NCBI GenBank assembly: GCA_010356995.1
Contig: ML996699.1
Location: 775,697-818,415, forward strand
Direction of reading: 5' to 3'
DNA from: Trichodelitschia bisporula
Lineage: Eukaryota
DNA length: 42,719 bases
The translations under genes and the position numbers were made by a program. Each line of letters begins with the position of its first letter. The stretch's first letter is position 1. The notes under the pieces are model-generated. The model was given only the letters and a program-made list of their open reading frames with translations, did no database searches and was not told where the DNA came from. Of this stretch, positions 11,059 to 21,011 are shown in pieces.

Positions 11059-13041
11059 ATGGACGAACACTTCATGCCACGACCCCAATTGACGGGCGAG
11101 ACGAAGAAGTCGGCTTTCGATGCCCTCTTCAAAGATAAACTTCCACAGATGGATCCCGCAACTCAGTCACCCGCGATGCATCAAGACCTGGCAAACCGAC
11201 ACGATGAAGCTCCTTCCAAAATCCTTTCGAAAACCCGTTCATTGTCCGACTCGGCCCCTCAACTCTCGCCGTCGCCTAAGTTCACGTCTGTACGGCAGTC
11301 TATGGACGATCACGGAATTACACATCCTCTGCCTGAAACACCGCGGAAGTCTGGGCCTGGGCAACTCTCTCTACAGCTGCCATCTCGCGAGCAGCTGGAA
11401 AACCTCACCGGACCGAGCAGCCGCGCTCCGCTGTCGCCCCAAGTTGACACTCGCGGCGCATACGCCTCGCCTGCGAAGTTCATACCCCGCCACTCTCGCG
11501 GTCTCGAGTGGGCTCGCGCCTGCACCACGCTCCACCACTCCACCCTGGCCGAGCAGTCGTCGCCAGACTCTTCGCCTATAATCACGCAGAAGGGTATGAA
11601 CATACCGAACCGCAGGATGTCAGTCAACTCAATGATGATTGATCCCCCGGCCATGGGATCGTGGTCCCAGGTACCCTCGGAACGTGGTGGCATCGCAAGC
11701 TCGCTGAGCAGCGTTAACATGCTCGGCTCCGACTCGTCTAGCAGCGATTCGGACGATTGTGATCCGTTGGACATGGACGAGCACGACGATCCAGTGGTCA
11801 CAACACCGCAGGTGCACCGGCACTTCAACCTTGGCTCCTCCACGCCGGTCCCCATTGCGCCTGCGCACGGTGCTGCTGGATGGCTTGGCATATTTACGCC
11901 TGGTGCTAGCACTTTTAGGAACGTGCACCGCGATAGACTTCGGAAGAAGCGTAGCCGACACAGCTCGAGCAGCGCTAGCGCTGCCAACAGCAACATTGCT
12001 AGCCCGGTTCCCGCCTCACCCACGAGCAAAGGTGACACGGCTGGATACTTTGCACGCGCATCCAGTCGTCGGGAGTCCTTGAGCTTGGGTACCAGTGACT
12101 TGCACATTTCCTCGGGGAATGACAGTGGTGACGAGGCTGCCATGAAAGTCCCCTCTACGCCTGGAGTAGAGCGAAGAGTCGTCTCCAGGCGGGGCAATCT
12201 ACTGGTAAGTAAAGTTGCTGCCGTACCTTACTGGATGTGCTAACCCCCATAGCCCAAGCCCAGAGCATTCGGCCGCATTCGCGCGGAGCTCCAGGAAGAA
12301 CAGATGCCTGTCGATACTGAAGTCAGACGGGAGGCTGAAGTAATTCGGCAAGTACGTGAGAACGACCCAACTGTCTCCAGGCCCTCTGTCTCCGCCCACT
12401 CCTCGCCAATCCTCCAGGATGTGTCCGCGATCACGGAGTCTCTAGGTGCTATCCCCGAAGATCTGTCCCTCGACTCCTCCGGAAATGCAGGTTTCGTCAA
12501 CAGAGGCGTCGCCGCTTCCTTCGGGTGGACGAACAACAACTGGAGCGGTGCCGCCGATGCCAGCACTCGCACCCCGCCTCCGCCTATGTTCCCGCGTGCG
12601 AACTCGGTAGCCTACAGCGAAGATGTGAACATGGACTCGCCTACCGGCTCCACTCCCTCCGCAACGATGAACGAACGTCCTAATGGATACCCGGCCGGCA
12701 CGGTTATTTCGGCTGCTGACGGCCTGCGCAAGAACAACAAGCGCCGTCGCGACGATGATCTGGACATGAACTCGATCAAGCGCCGCGCGGTGTCCCCTGG
12801 TCTGAGCGTTACGAATAGTCCCATCATGTCACAGTCACCTAATCAGCGGGGCGAGAATATGTGGGGTCAGTCATCGAAATTTCGAGGTCGGGAAGGATCT
12901 ATCAGTGGGGTCCACGCTGGGGAGAGATCGAGCAGTAGTGGCAGCCTTGCCAATGTGACCCCTATTCTTGGGCCAAAGCGCATTGGGTTGCAGGGGATGA
13001 CAGACATGCAAGGTCTGACGGAAAAGATGAGTATTGAGTGA
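11059..13041 (+). CDS. Conserved Ser/Pro-rich fungal hypothetical protein (intron 12205-12252)
   Basis: Two long ORFs are joined by GTAAGT...CTAAC...TAG, giving RRGNLL|PKPRAFGRIRAELQEE...VRREAEVIRQVRE. Other conserved-looking blocks are SRGLEWARACTTLHHSTLAEQSSPDSSP and KRRAVSP. Confidence 0.85.
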
Positions 13042-13470
13042 GGGATTCACCGGCGTTTCTAAGGTACTGCACTTTCATCGGGGCGTTTTTTGATGGGATG
13101 GTACGGCGTCAAAGAGCGCTGATTCTGATACCCTTACGAAGGATTGTGATATGCATTAGGAAAATGTGATGGTATTCAAATAGGCGTTCCATTGTTTACT
13201 CTGTACTGCAAGCTGCGAGTAATTTGACCTTCGGTCACCAATATGCAAGTGTCGCTCACACTACGAGTCGTCATATCCCTCGAGCAACGGGTTCCCCGCT
13301 TCAATTAGCACCCTGCCAAGATTTACCCCATGCTCGCCATCAACGCTTGACCACCAGATGTCTCCCTGTCGGAGCTTGCACTTCATCCAAACGCCGCTTA
13401 ATTCTGGTGCAAGCCTTTCGATACCCTTACTTCCTCACACTTCCGTTGTAGACCATTGTATGCGCCCAAC

Positions 13471-14595
13471 ATGCCCTCTCACGCAGACGCGCTAGCGTCG
13501 TTCATAGATTCTGCTCCTCCAGGCGAAGTAGATCCTGCCCCACCAACCCCGCCATTATAGTACGTCCGGCTCACATGTACACAGCTCTCCAATGTCACAG
13601 CCGGTATATCTCTCCCTAGGAAGCCGGCATACGGCGTATACGGTGCCTACGGATCGGATGTGTGCTGAACGAGAACAGCTCTCAAGAACCTGAGCGTCGA
13701 CGATGCGGGATCGCTCAAGCCCGCGTACAAGAAGTACAACGAGGAACAACTCACCACGGTCAAGCTACCGGGTGGAAGCCAGCTCGTAGGTAGTTGGATA
13801 TATATTACGGGCTAGGGCTGAGACGCGGCAGGTCATTGTCAGCAAGTACAACGAGCTTGAGGATGGACGTTACTACGACATCGAAGCGAGGACGAGCTGG
13901 GCTTTTGACCATGCTACCCAAGTGAGCTTCCTGTGCGGTTTGGTGGATAGGACTGACCGGAGACAGAAAGCCAGCGCGGTCCAAACCTACGTTCACGAGT
14001 CTTCGCACGAGGACTTGGTGTGAGTTCACCCCTTCGCGTCCATGCCCCTCTGACAGCGCTAGCAACTCGCTCTACAAGGCCCTCGCGGCACACGCCTCCG
14101 AGCACTACCCTTCTAGCTCAATAGGCGTGTTCCCCATCGAGAACGACTCTAAGATTGCCCTCGTCACCGTGGCCAACAAGTACAGCCCGAACAACTACTG
14201 GTGCGTACCCTCCTCCACTCTCAGCACATCCTAACAAAGGCAGGAACGGCCGCTGGCGCTCAGTCTACGTCTTCACGCCCGCCCCCTCGCCCTCACTCAC
14301 CGGCTCCATCAACGTCGACGTGCACTACTACGAAGATGGGAATGTGCGGCTGCTGACATCGAAGCCGCTGACCTTCAGCGTGGCCGGTAGCCCCAGCGCT
14401 GCAGACGTGCTGAAGCAGATTGCGCAGGCGGAGCGGCGCTACCAGGAGGAGCTGCACCGTGGCTTCACGTCGCTGAGTGAGAATGCGTTCAAGAGCCTGC
14501 GGCGCCAATTGCCTGTTACGCGCCAGAAGGTGGAGTGGGAGAAGATTGGCGGGTACAGGGTTGGGCAGGACATTGGCGGCGGCAGGCAGAGATAG
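13471..14595 (+). CDS. CAP1: F-actin capping protein alpha subunit (six introns)
   Basis: Spliced MPSHADALASFIDSAPPGE|LSNVTA|ALKNL...YNEEQLTTVKLPG...ANKYSPNNYW|NGRWRS...VDVHYYEDGNVRL...FKSLRRQLPVTRQKVEWEKI. Confidence 0.95.
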
Positions 14596-14883
14596 ATGTC
14601 TCCACCGTTCTGGTATTCTCGGGGAATGGGCTTCTCTAAAAAGGCGGCTGGTGATGTCTGGGCTGCTTTGGTTGATAGTTCATGCAGCTTAAGACGGCGA
14701 TACTACAAGCCCCGCTGAGCGCGCGGCGCTGCATATGGGGATCTACTTTGTCGACACCAACTCCAGTCAACACCCAACCTCTCCCTCCCCTTTCGTGAAA
14801 CGCTCCTATCCTTCGTTTGAAACGTTTTCCGTAGTCGATGCTCGCCCTTAGGATTTACGCTAAAAGATACCTATTCCCCAATA

Positions 14884-15210
14884 ATGGCCTTAAGATATTA
14901 TACGCCTAAACCCCCTGCCCCCACTGTCCCAAAACTACACCACAAGCCCAAACCCAAACAGAATCAAGCCGTGCGCATAGTCCCGGCCACTCCCGCCGAG
15001 GAGCAGCCATATGGGGCCTACGATACGGACCGCGAGTCATAGGTTGCGGATGGCGGGTTCGAGGAGGATTGCGGGGATGGGCTGGGCGTTGGGGTCGGGG
15101 CGGGCGGGCTGCGGGGCAGTCATTGTTGCCTAGCGGGGTACCGTATATATGCCCCTCAGCAGGCGGCGCGGTGGTAGTAGCAACAGCAACAGCAGCAACA
15201 GCAGGCCTAA
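14884..15210 (+). pseudogene. Degenerate Gln-rich ORF with in-frame TAG codons
   Basis: The frame from ATG 14884 has TAG at 15040, 15175 and 15178. The last two lead directly into a CAA/CAG run, consistent with CAG>TAG changes. Confidence 0.35.
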
Positions 15211-15220
15211 GGAAACCATA

Positions 15221-15621
15221 ATGTCGTTACCCCAGGCGGCTCCGGACCAGCAGCAGTCTACTACCACAAATCAGGCACGGCAACCCATTCTCAATGTAAG
15301 CCATTATGCTTCAGGTTATCGGTGACGTTTCTTCTAACCCGAATCCAGGAAGCCCTGAGTTACATCGACCAAGTCAAGTTCCAGTTCGCAGACCAGCCAG
15401 ACGTGTATAACCAGTTTCTGAGCCTCATGCAGGATTTCAAGATAGGAGCGTTAGTACCCAACGTATCTTCAGATCCTATTACCAAGGCTGATAATTCGCC
15501 GTGCAGGATTGACACGCCTGGTGTGATCGAGCGAATATCACGCCTCTTCGCAGGTAACCCTGGGCTCATCGACGGCTTCAATATCTTTTTGCCGCCGACC
15601 TACCCTGGAATTACGACTTAA
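15221..15621 (+). CDS. Stand-alone Sin3-type PAH1 domain protein, 96 aa (exons 15221-15295, 15349-15449, 15507-15621)
   Basis: Spliced ...[72 protein letters not shown] matches the Sin3 PAH1 consensus, then stops after PGITT. Confidence 0.8.
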
Positions 15622-16634
15622 CCCCTTTTCAGCCATGGGCAAGAAGCCCTCCAGGCGTTCGTCCAAACGGCCCGGGCGCCGGAAAGCCGCGTGTAGCTTG
15701 AGCCGCTGCTGCTCTGATGCGGCGCGCCATGGGGCCGACGACAGCCTCCTGGTTAGTGTGTCATAGCGGTTTAGCCGCACGGCGGGGCGACGGAGCATAC
15801 ATTGTGGGCGGCAGCGACGAGGGGTTCTGGCATCGAAATCGTTCACGCCGAGTCCGGGCTACGTTCATGGATAAGAATCCCTTGGTCCTGTATGCTCTGA
15901 ACATATGTCATGATGCTCTACTGCCTTTGGAGGAGGAGCAGGATGCAGAAACGCACAGATCGCCACGCCATCCCCCACCGTCGTACCGCTTGATTCTAGA
16001 ATGCAGAAATAAGAAGCCCCCTGCCGCGGCATCCATTCCTTCCCGCCGCAAATCTTCAGCCTCTGCATTCAAGCCTGAAGACCGTGTCCCAGCCGCCAAT
16101 CAAGCAAGCATCTAACCCTCGATTTTGATACCCACACAATCTCCCTTTTTTACCTGCTACATGTACTCCATATTCCCAGCCCGCCGGCAACGCCCCGCCT
16201 GCCTCTCATCTGCGCCTCCCGGGCCCCTTCCGCGCGCTTATTTGGCCTGAAAAAGGTGGAGAGTTCTTCCTGTCCACGCGTTTTTGCGAGGAAGGGATAT
16301 CATTGAGATGGAAGTGATGTCTCGTAGCGCGCGGGGAGCAAACGGGGGTGGCACGGCTGCGCCTACTAGGTTACGTAGCGTGTGCGCGGCGGTTTTGGGG
16401 GCGGTGCGTGAGGGGCGGGTTGGGAATGTCGTTGCCATGTGGACAGCAGCGTGGTGGTGAGGAGCCCGCAACGGGGTGACGAATGGTCGGCAACAACTTT
16501 TGTTCTTTTAGCTTGTTTGACTTTGGACGGAGATGCTCGGCCAAGGTTTGAACTCGCGCGCGCTGGGCGGCGGGTTGATCGGCGTGGCGCCACGGTTTGC
16601 CAACAAGCTTGCGCTTGCGCTGGGCGCGGGGGGA

Positions 16635-16641
16635 TATAAAA
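16635..16641 (+). promoter_or_regulatory. TATA box of the small CaaX-peptide gene
   Basis: TATAAAA in a GC-rich context, followed by a leader containing an intron at 16793-16853 (GTGAGT...GCTAAC...TAG). Confidence 0.65.
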
Positions 16642-16900
16642 TGGGGGTGTCCCGGTGTGGTTGAGATAGGAGCAGATCAGATCACCATCGACATTTGAAG
16701 CTTGAATTCACCGCTATCTGATATCAATTGCTTGCTCGCCATCGCTCTCGGACTTCGCTACTTGCTATCGTTACTGTTGCTACCCTTCTGATGTGAGTTG
16801 GGCGGCTACGTCATGTCTCAATACTGGTTGAGCTGGGCTAACTGGCGGTGTAGACGTTCGAGTTCGACTCTTTACATACTTCCGCGAATATCCTCATAAA

Positions 16901-17020
16901 ATGGCCGGCGCCTCCATCAAGAAGCCTACCGTTGGGTGCCCCAAGTGCGGGTGCATCGCCTGTCCGGATGGCGACGGCGGCTACTGCGAGTGCTGCATCA
17001 TTCCGTGCGTCATTCTCTAG
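16901..17020 (+). CDS. 39-aa cysteine-rich peptide with C-terminal CaaX box (CVIL)
   Basis: MAGASIKKPTVGCPKCGCIACPDGDGGYCECCIIPCVIL*. The start context is AAAATGGC, third positions are mostly C/G, and a TATA box and 5'-UTR intron lie upstream. Confidence 0.8.
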   Translation: MAGASIKKPTVGCPKCGCIACPDGDGGYCECCIIPCVIL

Positions 17021-18250
17021 TCGACGACATGAGCATGAGTTGGATATCTGGGGTGTTTGGACATGACCTTGGAAGTTTTTGGGTAGCGTTGGGCTCATTG
17101 GATGTTGGTTACGCTCGTTTGCCCTGTTTTGGTGAGGGTGTTCGGTCTGTGGGCTGGGCCCGCGGATGCCGGCGTTGGTGCCGGTTGATTGTTTGCGTGG
17201 AGCGTGGAGATATCAGCTCAGTCCCTAACTGTCTAATGGACAAAGTTGGTAGTGTTGATTCTGTTGCACCTCTCACAGAGTCTTTGCCATCCCGCGTGGG
17301 TGCTATGTGAGGGGCACGTTGTTAACAAGTGGTCCGTGCAAGGTCCTGCACTTCACAACTCGCTTTTCGACCTCCATCTTTCTCAACTTCAGGCCAAAAC
17401 ACTGACTTCTTAACTTCCAACATCTACGGCATGCTTGACATCTCGCCGACGTCCGGATACGTGCATCTTGGCGAAAATAGAGTTGGCGCAAGGCTCAGCG
17501 GCTAACCCAGCGAGGCGGTTCCGCACGCACCTCCGCTTCCCGCGCGGCAAGGCTCTATTCGCTATCGTCGCTTTGCAGCCCCCTTGTCCTACAGGTACAG
17601 CTGTTACACAGAGCATGCAAGATGAGGCTCCGTCAGACGCGTGGCGTATCAAGTCTATGATTTGCGTGGGGTGCAGATGGTGATGTGGGGAGGTGCACTT
17701 GCCATTATGGCAAGCATGTTCTATCGCAGTTGTATTGTTAGCAGGCGCTAGGAGATATGAGGCAGGCTCCTATCACTCCTGGGGTAGGACGTGGGGACTT
17801 GTTTACACTATGCACATGGCAGTAGCATCAGGGCATCTTTCAACGAGCTTTTGTCTTCGCTTTCACCTATGTGACACTGCTCTCTACATCACCTTCGACC
17901 CTCTTGAGCGAGTGTCTTTCATCAAACTTTTGTTTTCATTTCCAACCTGTATGAGTGTGCTCTCTGCATCAGATGGCGGCTGCTGAAACTCACCCCTCCG
18001 ACCCTGGTCTGTCAGGTACCGGGTGTACAATCCATCAGTAGGCTGCGTCGGTTGTCCATGTCTGCTGTGCCGCAATCTCGAGGCTGAATTATTAGGCAGC
18101 TGTCGCGCCGTTCGTGAGGGCCGCTCTGTCTGTCGTTTCTTTCGGGCCGTTTCCTCTTTTTTTCCTGCGATTCAGATGTGAATTTGGTGTTGTTCCTCCT
18201 CGAAAGCCTTCTCTAATTCATATAAGGTTCTCAACCTCACTCACTTACAT

Positions 18251-20347
18251 ATGTCCGTCTTCAGCCCTGTCTGCCCGCTCCCCCCAGATGGCGTTGGATA
18301 TGTCCATAGCCCCAACGTTCGCGGGACGTCCGACATCATATGGTCCAGCATCAGCATTCTGCTCTTGTCCACTTGGTCACTCCTACATCTCAACGTACCA
18401 TCACACATTGAAGGCAGTGCGCTATCGAAACGGAAACGGATACAGCGGAACCTGTACCTGACATGGCGGAAGGTCAAATGGATGCTCCTGACCATGTTCG
18501 CCCCGGAATGTCTGCTGGGGTCGGCGTTTGCCGGCTATATATCGGCATGGAGGAGTGAGAAGGATATGTTGCGATTCGCGGCTGAGGATGACGTTGAGTG
18601 GTCTCTGATGCATGCCCATTTGGCCAATATGGGCGGTTTCGTTGTGAGGTTTGATGTTTTGGAGGGGAAGCCTGGTGGCTCGCACCGGGGAAGTCATTAT
18701 TCGGGGAGGGCTCACAGCTTGGTTGGGAGCTCTTCGATTGCGAATGGACCGGCTTCGCCTTCGACTGTGAGGGGACCTGCTTCGCCATCGACTTTACAAG
18801 TCCCAACTTCTCCTTCGGCAGTGAGAGGGCCGGGCTCTCCGCCGACTTTGCCTACACCGGGCTCTCCTCCGACTTTACCCACTCCAGGCTCTCCAGGTAC
18901 GACACGATCTACCGTTCCGGGCGGCGACCTGTCCGATAGAGGAACAATGTCTCCTTCAATGTCGGCTCCATCGCCAATTGCAACTGTGCCCTACAGTCCA
19001 TCCACCGGTCTTCCACCCTACAGCCCATTTACAACGCAGGATCTAGAATCAGATATCCCGTTCATGGGCCTAGGCCTGGAACAAGAGATCCGGAGTCCGA
19101 GACTGAGCAGCTTCCCTGTCTTCACCGAGGACCACAACACGAAGACTTGGTCGACCTTCAGCCTCGTCGATGCGACTCCCCGAGTGCAGCGCCAGTACGA
19201 CAAAATCATGAGTCTATCAGCACTAGCAGCCCGCAGTGAATGCCTCCCCTGGAAAATGGGAAAATCGACGTACTGGCGACGCTCAGCGGCAAATCTCAAC
19301 GTAATCCAACGTGCCCTAGCCCTCCAGACGCCCCGACCCAAAGAATTCATGATCCCAGCGTACCTCAACCTCGCCGCCCTACAGGGAAACGTGTGGATAC
19401 TGGATGCCAGACAGCTGTTTATCGCCCGGAAAACGGGAATAATCTCATCACTACCCGCCCTCCGCGAAGCCGACATCCAAGACCGAACCAAGAGCGACGG
19501 GGCAGTCAAACTCCTCGCCCTGACGCAAATCGCATGGCTGATCCTCCAGGTCATCATGCGCAGCAAGGAACATCACCCCTCAACACAGCTCGAAATCACC
19601 ACCATAGCCTTCTCAGCTTGCGCGTTCCTCACTTACCTCCTCAGCTTCGCCGTCCCGCAGGACATCTCCCAGCCTGTCACGCTGCAGGCGGCGCGGTACC
19701 CAACCCCCGCTGAAGCTTTGCTGCTGGCCAACCAAGGCCCCGCGCCGTGGTTTGACGGCGTAGTGCTGGAGCGCTGGAGCTGGGGGCGGCGGGGGTACTG
19801 GATGCCCGACACCGCGCTCCACTACGTCGGGTCCGACCTGATGGGCGTGAAGCTGCACCGGTTCGGCCCGTTTTGGGGCGGGTCGGCGGTGGGAGGACTG
19901 GTGCTAGGCGCTGTGCATGCGGTCGCGTGGCAGATGGTGTTCCCGAGCGACTGGGAGAGAATGGCCTGGCGGATTGCGGCGATAAGCACGGCGGCGATTC
20001 CGCCGGTATATGCGGTTGTGCAGAGTATGTCGGCGGCGGTATTTATGGGGATTGCGGCGGCGGTGACGTGGTGGAGGGATCGGAAGAATAAGACGAAAGA
20101 GGGGGCTGGGCCTACTGCTTATGGATTCAAGAAGGATGACTGGGATGTGGACAGGTTTATGCGCCAGTTTCCCTTTCCGTGGAGGATTTATGTCTCGACC
20201 TGGTACACGACGCTGACGTTCGTGTCGACCGTGGCCTATTTTGGGGTCAGGTTATTTGTTTTGGTTGAGGTGGTCAGGAGTATGGCATTTCTACCACCGG
20301 GGGCTTTTGTGGCGAATTGGTCTGCGAACATTCCGCATTTGGGATAG
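18251..20347 (+). CDS. Polytopic membrane protein of a widespread uncharacterised fungal family
   Basis: 698-aa intronless ORF with motifs RGTSDIIWSS...TWSLLHLNVP, FAPE, HAHLANMGGF, DIQDRTKSD, TQLEITTIAF and LPPGAFVANWSANIPH, plus several hydrophobic segments. Confidence 0.9.
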   Translation: MSVFSPVCPLPPDGVGYVHSPNVRGTSDIIWSSISILLLSTWSLLHLNVPSHIEGSALSKRKRIQRNLYLTWRKVKWMLLTMFAPECLLGSAFAGYISAWRSEKDMLRFAAEDDVEWSLMHAHLANMGGFVVRFDVLEGKPGGSHRGSHYSGRAHSLVGSSSIANGPASPSTVRGPASPSTLQVPTSPSAVRGPGSPPTLPTPGSPPTLPTPGSPGTTRSTVPGGDLSDRGTMSPSMSAPSPIATVPYSPSTGLPPYSPFTTQDLESDIPFMGLGLEQEIRSPRLSSFPVFTEDHNTKTWSTFSLVDATPRVQRQYDKIMSLSALAARSECLPWKMGKSTYWRRSAANLNVIQRALALQTPRPKEFMIPAYLNLAALQGNVWILDARQLFIARKTGIISSLPALREADIQDRTKSDGAVKLLALTQIAWLILQVIMRSKEHHPSTQLEITTIAFSACAFLTYLLSFAVPQDISQPVTLQAARYPTPAEALLLANQGPAPWFDGVVLERWSWGRRGYWMPDTALHYVGSDLMGVKLHRFGPFWGGSAVGGLVLGAVHAVAWQMVFPSDWERMAWRIAAISTAAIPPVYAVVQSMSAAVFMGIAAAVTWWRDRKNKTKEGAGPTAYGFKKDDWDVDRFMRQFPFPWRIYVSTWYTTLTFVSTVAYFGVRLFVLVEVVRSMAFLPPGAFVANWSANIPHLG
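18746..18898 (+). repeat. Coding 27-nt (9-aa) tandem repeat, ~5.7 units
   Basis: GPASPSTVR GPASPSTLQ VPTSPSAVR GPGSPPTLP TPGSPPTLP TPGSPG. Confidence 0.85.
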
Positions 20348-20669
20348 GAAGGCGGCATTGGAGAGTCGTTTGTGTCTACCGTGGCCTATTTTGGGGTCAA
20401 GACATTTGTGTTGGTGGAGGTGGCCAGAAGCATGGCATTTTTACCCCCCGATGCCTTTGCAGCGAATTGGTCGGCGAATGTTCCGCACTTTGGGTAAATG
20501 TCTTGGGAGCATTTTGGAATTTTCCGTCAGTCTTTCTGAGCGCATGGACCGCTCTCTGCGCTCTTGTCTATTTTGGGGTGAGGGCTTTCATATGGGTGGA
20601 GGTGGCTCGGAGCATGGCGTCTCTCCCGCCGGAGGCGTTTGCTGGCAATTGGTTTCCCATTTCGGGTAG
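20219..20669 (+). repeat. Triplicated 3' end of the membrane-protein gene (copies 20219-20347, 20369-20497, 20554-20669)
   Basis: The three copies translate as FVSTVAYFGVRLFVLVEVVRSMAFLPPGAFVANWSANIPHLG*, FVSTVAYFGVKTFVLVEVARSMAFLPPDAFAANWSANVPHFG* and LCALVYFGVRAFIWVEVARSMASLPPEAFAGNW followed by a 10-nt deletion. Confidence 0.92.
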
Positions 20670-21011
20670 ACGTTGGTGGTGGTAGGGGTTGGGCGGTCAT
20701 TTGTACGTAACGTGCAGGAGGCGGGAGGCGGGCGTTTGTATTCTTGTAGGTAGAAAAGGCGCATTATTTGGGCAGGAAACCACAGTCCAAAGGGTCGTTT
20801 GTGGAGGCAAGCATCCCGGGAACCCAACTAGCTGACACGCCTTGGGAGCATTTTGGATTGGAACCTGAGATGTAATTTTGGGCGTTGGATAGATACTCAC
20901 GAATAGATGACTCCATGAACGTTATCCCTTTTCTACCGTGGCCTTCCAGAGGCTCACCCGCAACAACGCCTTCTACCAGGGCCTATACTGGCCATACTGG
21001 CCATACTGCGC

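Noticed and set aside
15717..16115. ORF containing MDKNPLVLYALNICHDALL
   Set aside because: Only a faint resemblance to remembered domains, with no supporting gene structure.
16741..16770. ATCGCTCTCGGAC resembling the U2 snRNA 5' end
   Set aside because: It lacks the GTGTAGTA branch-pairing sequence and Sm site, and lies in the leader of the CaaX-peptide gene.
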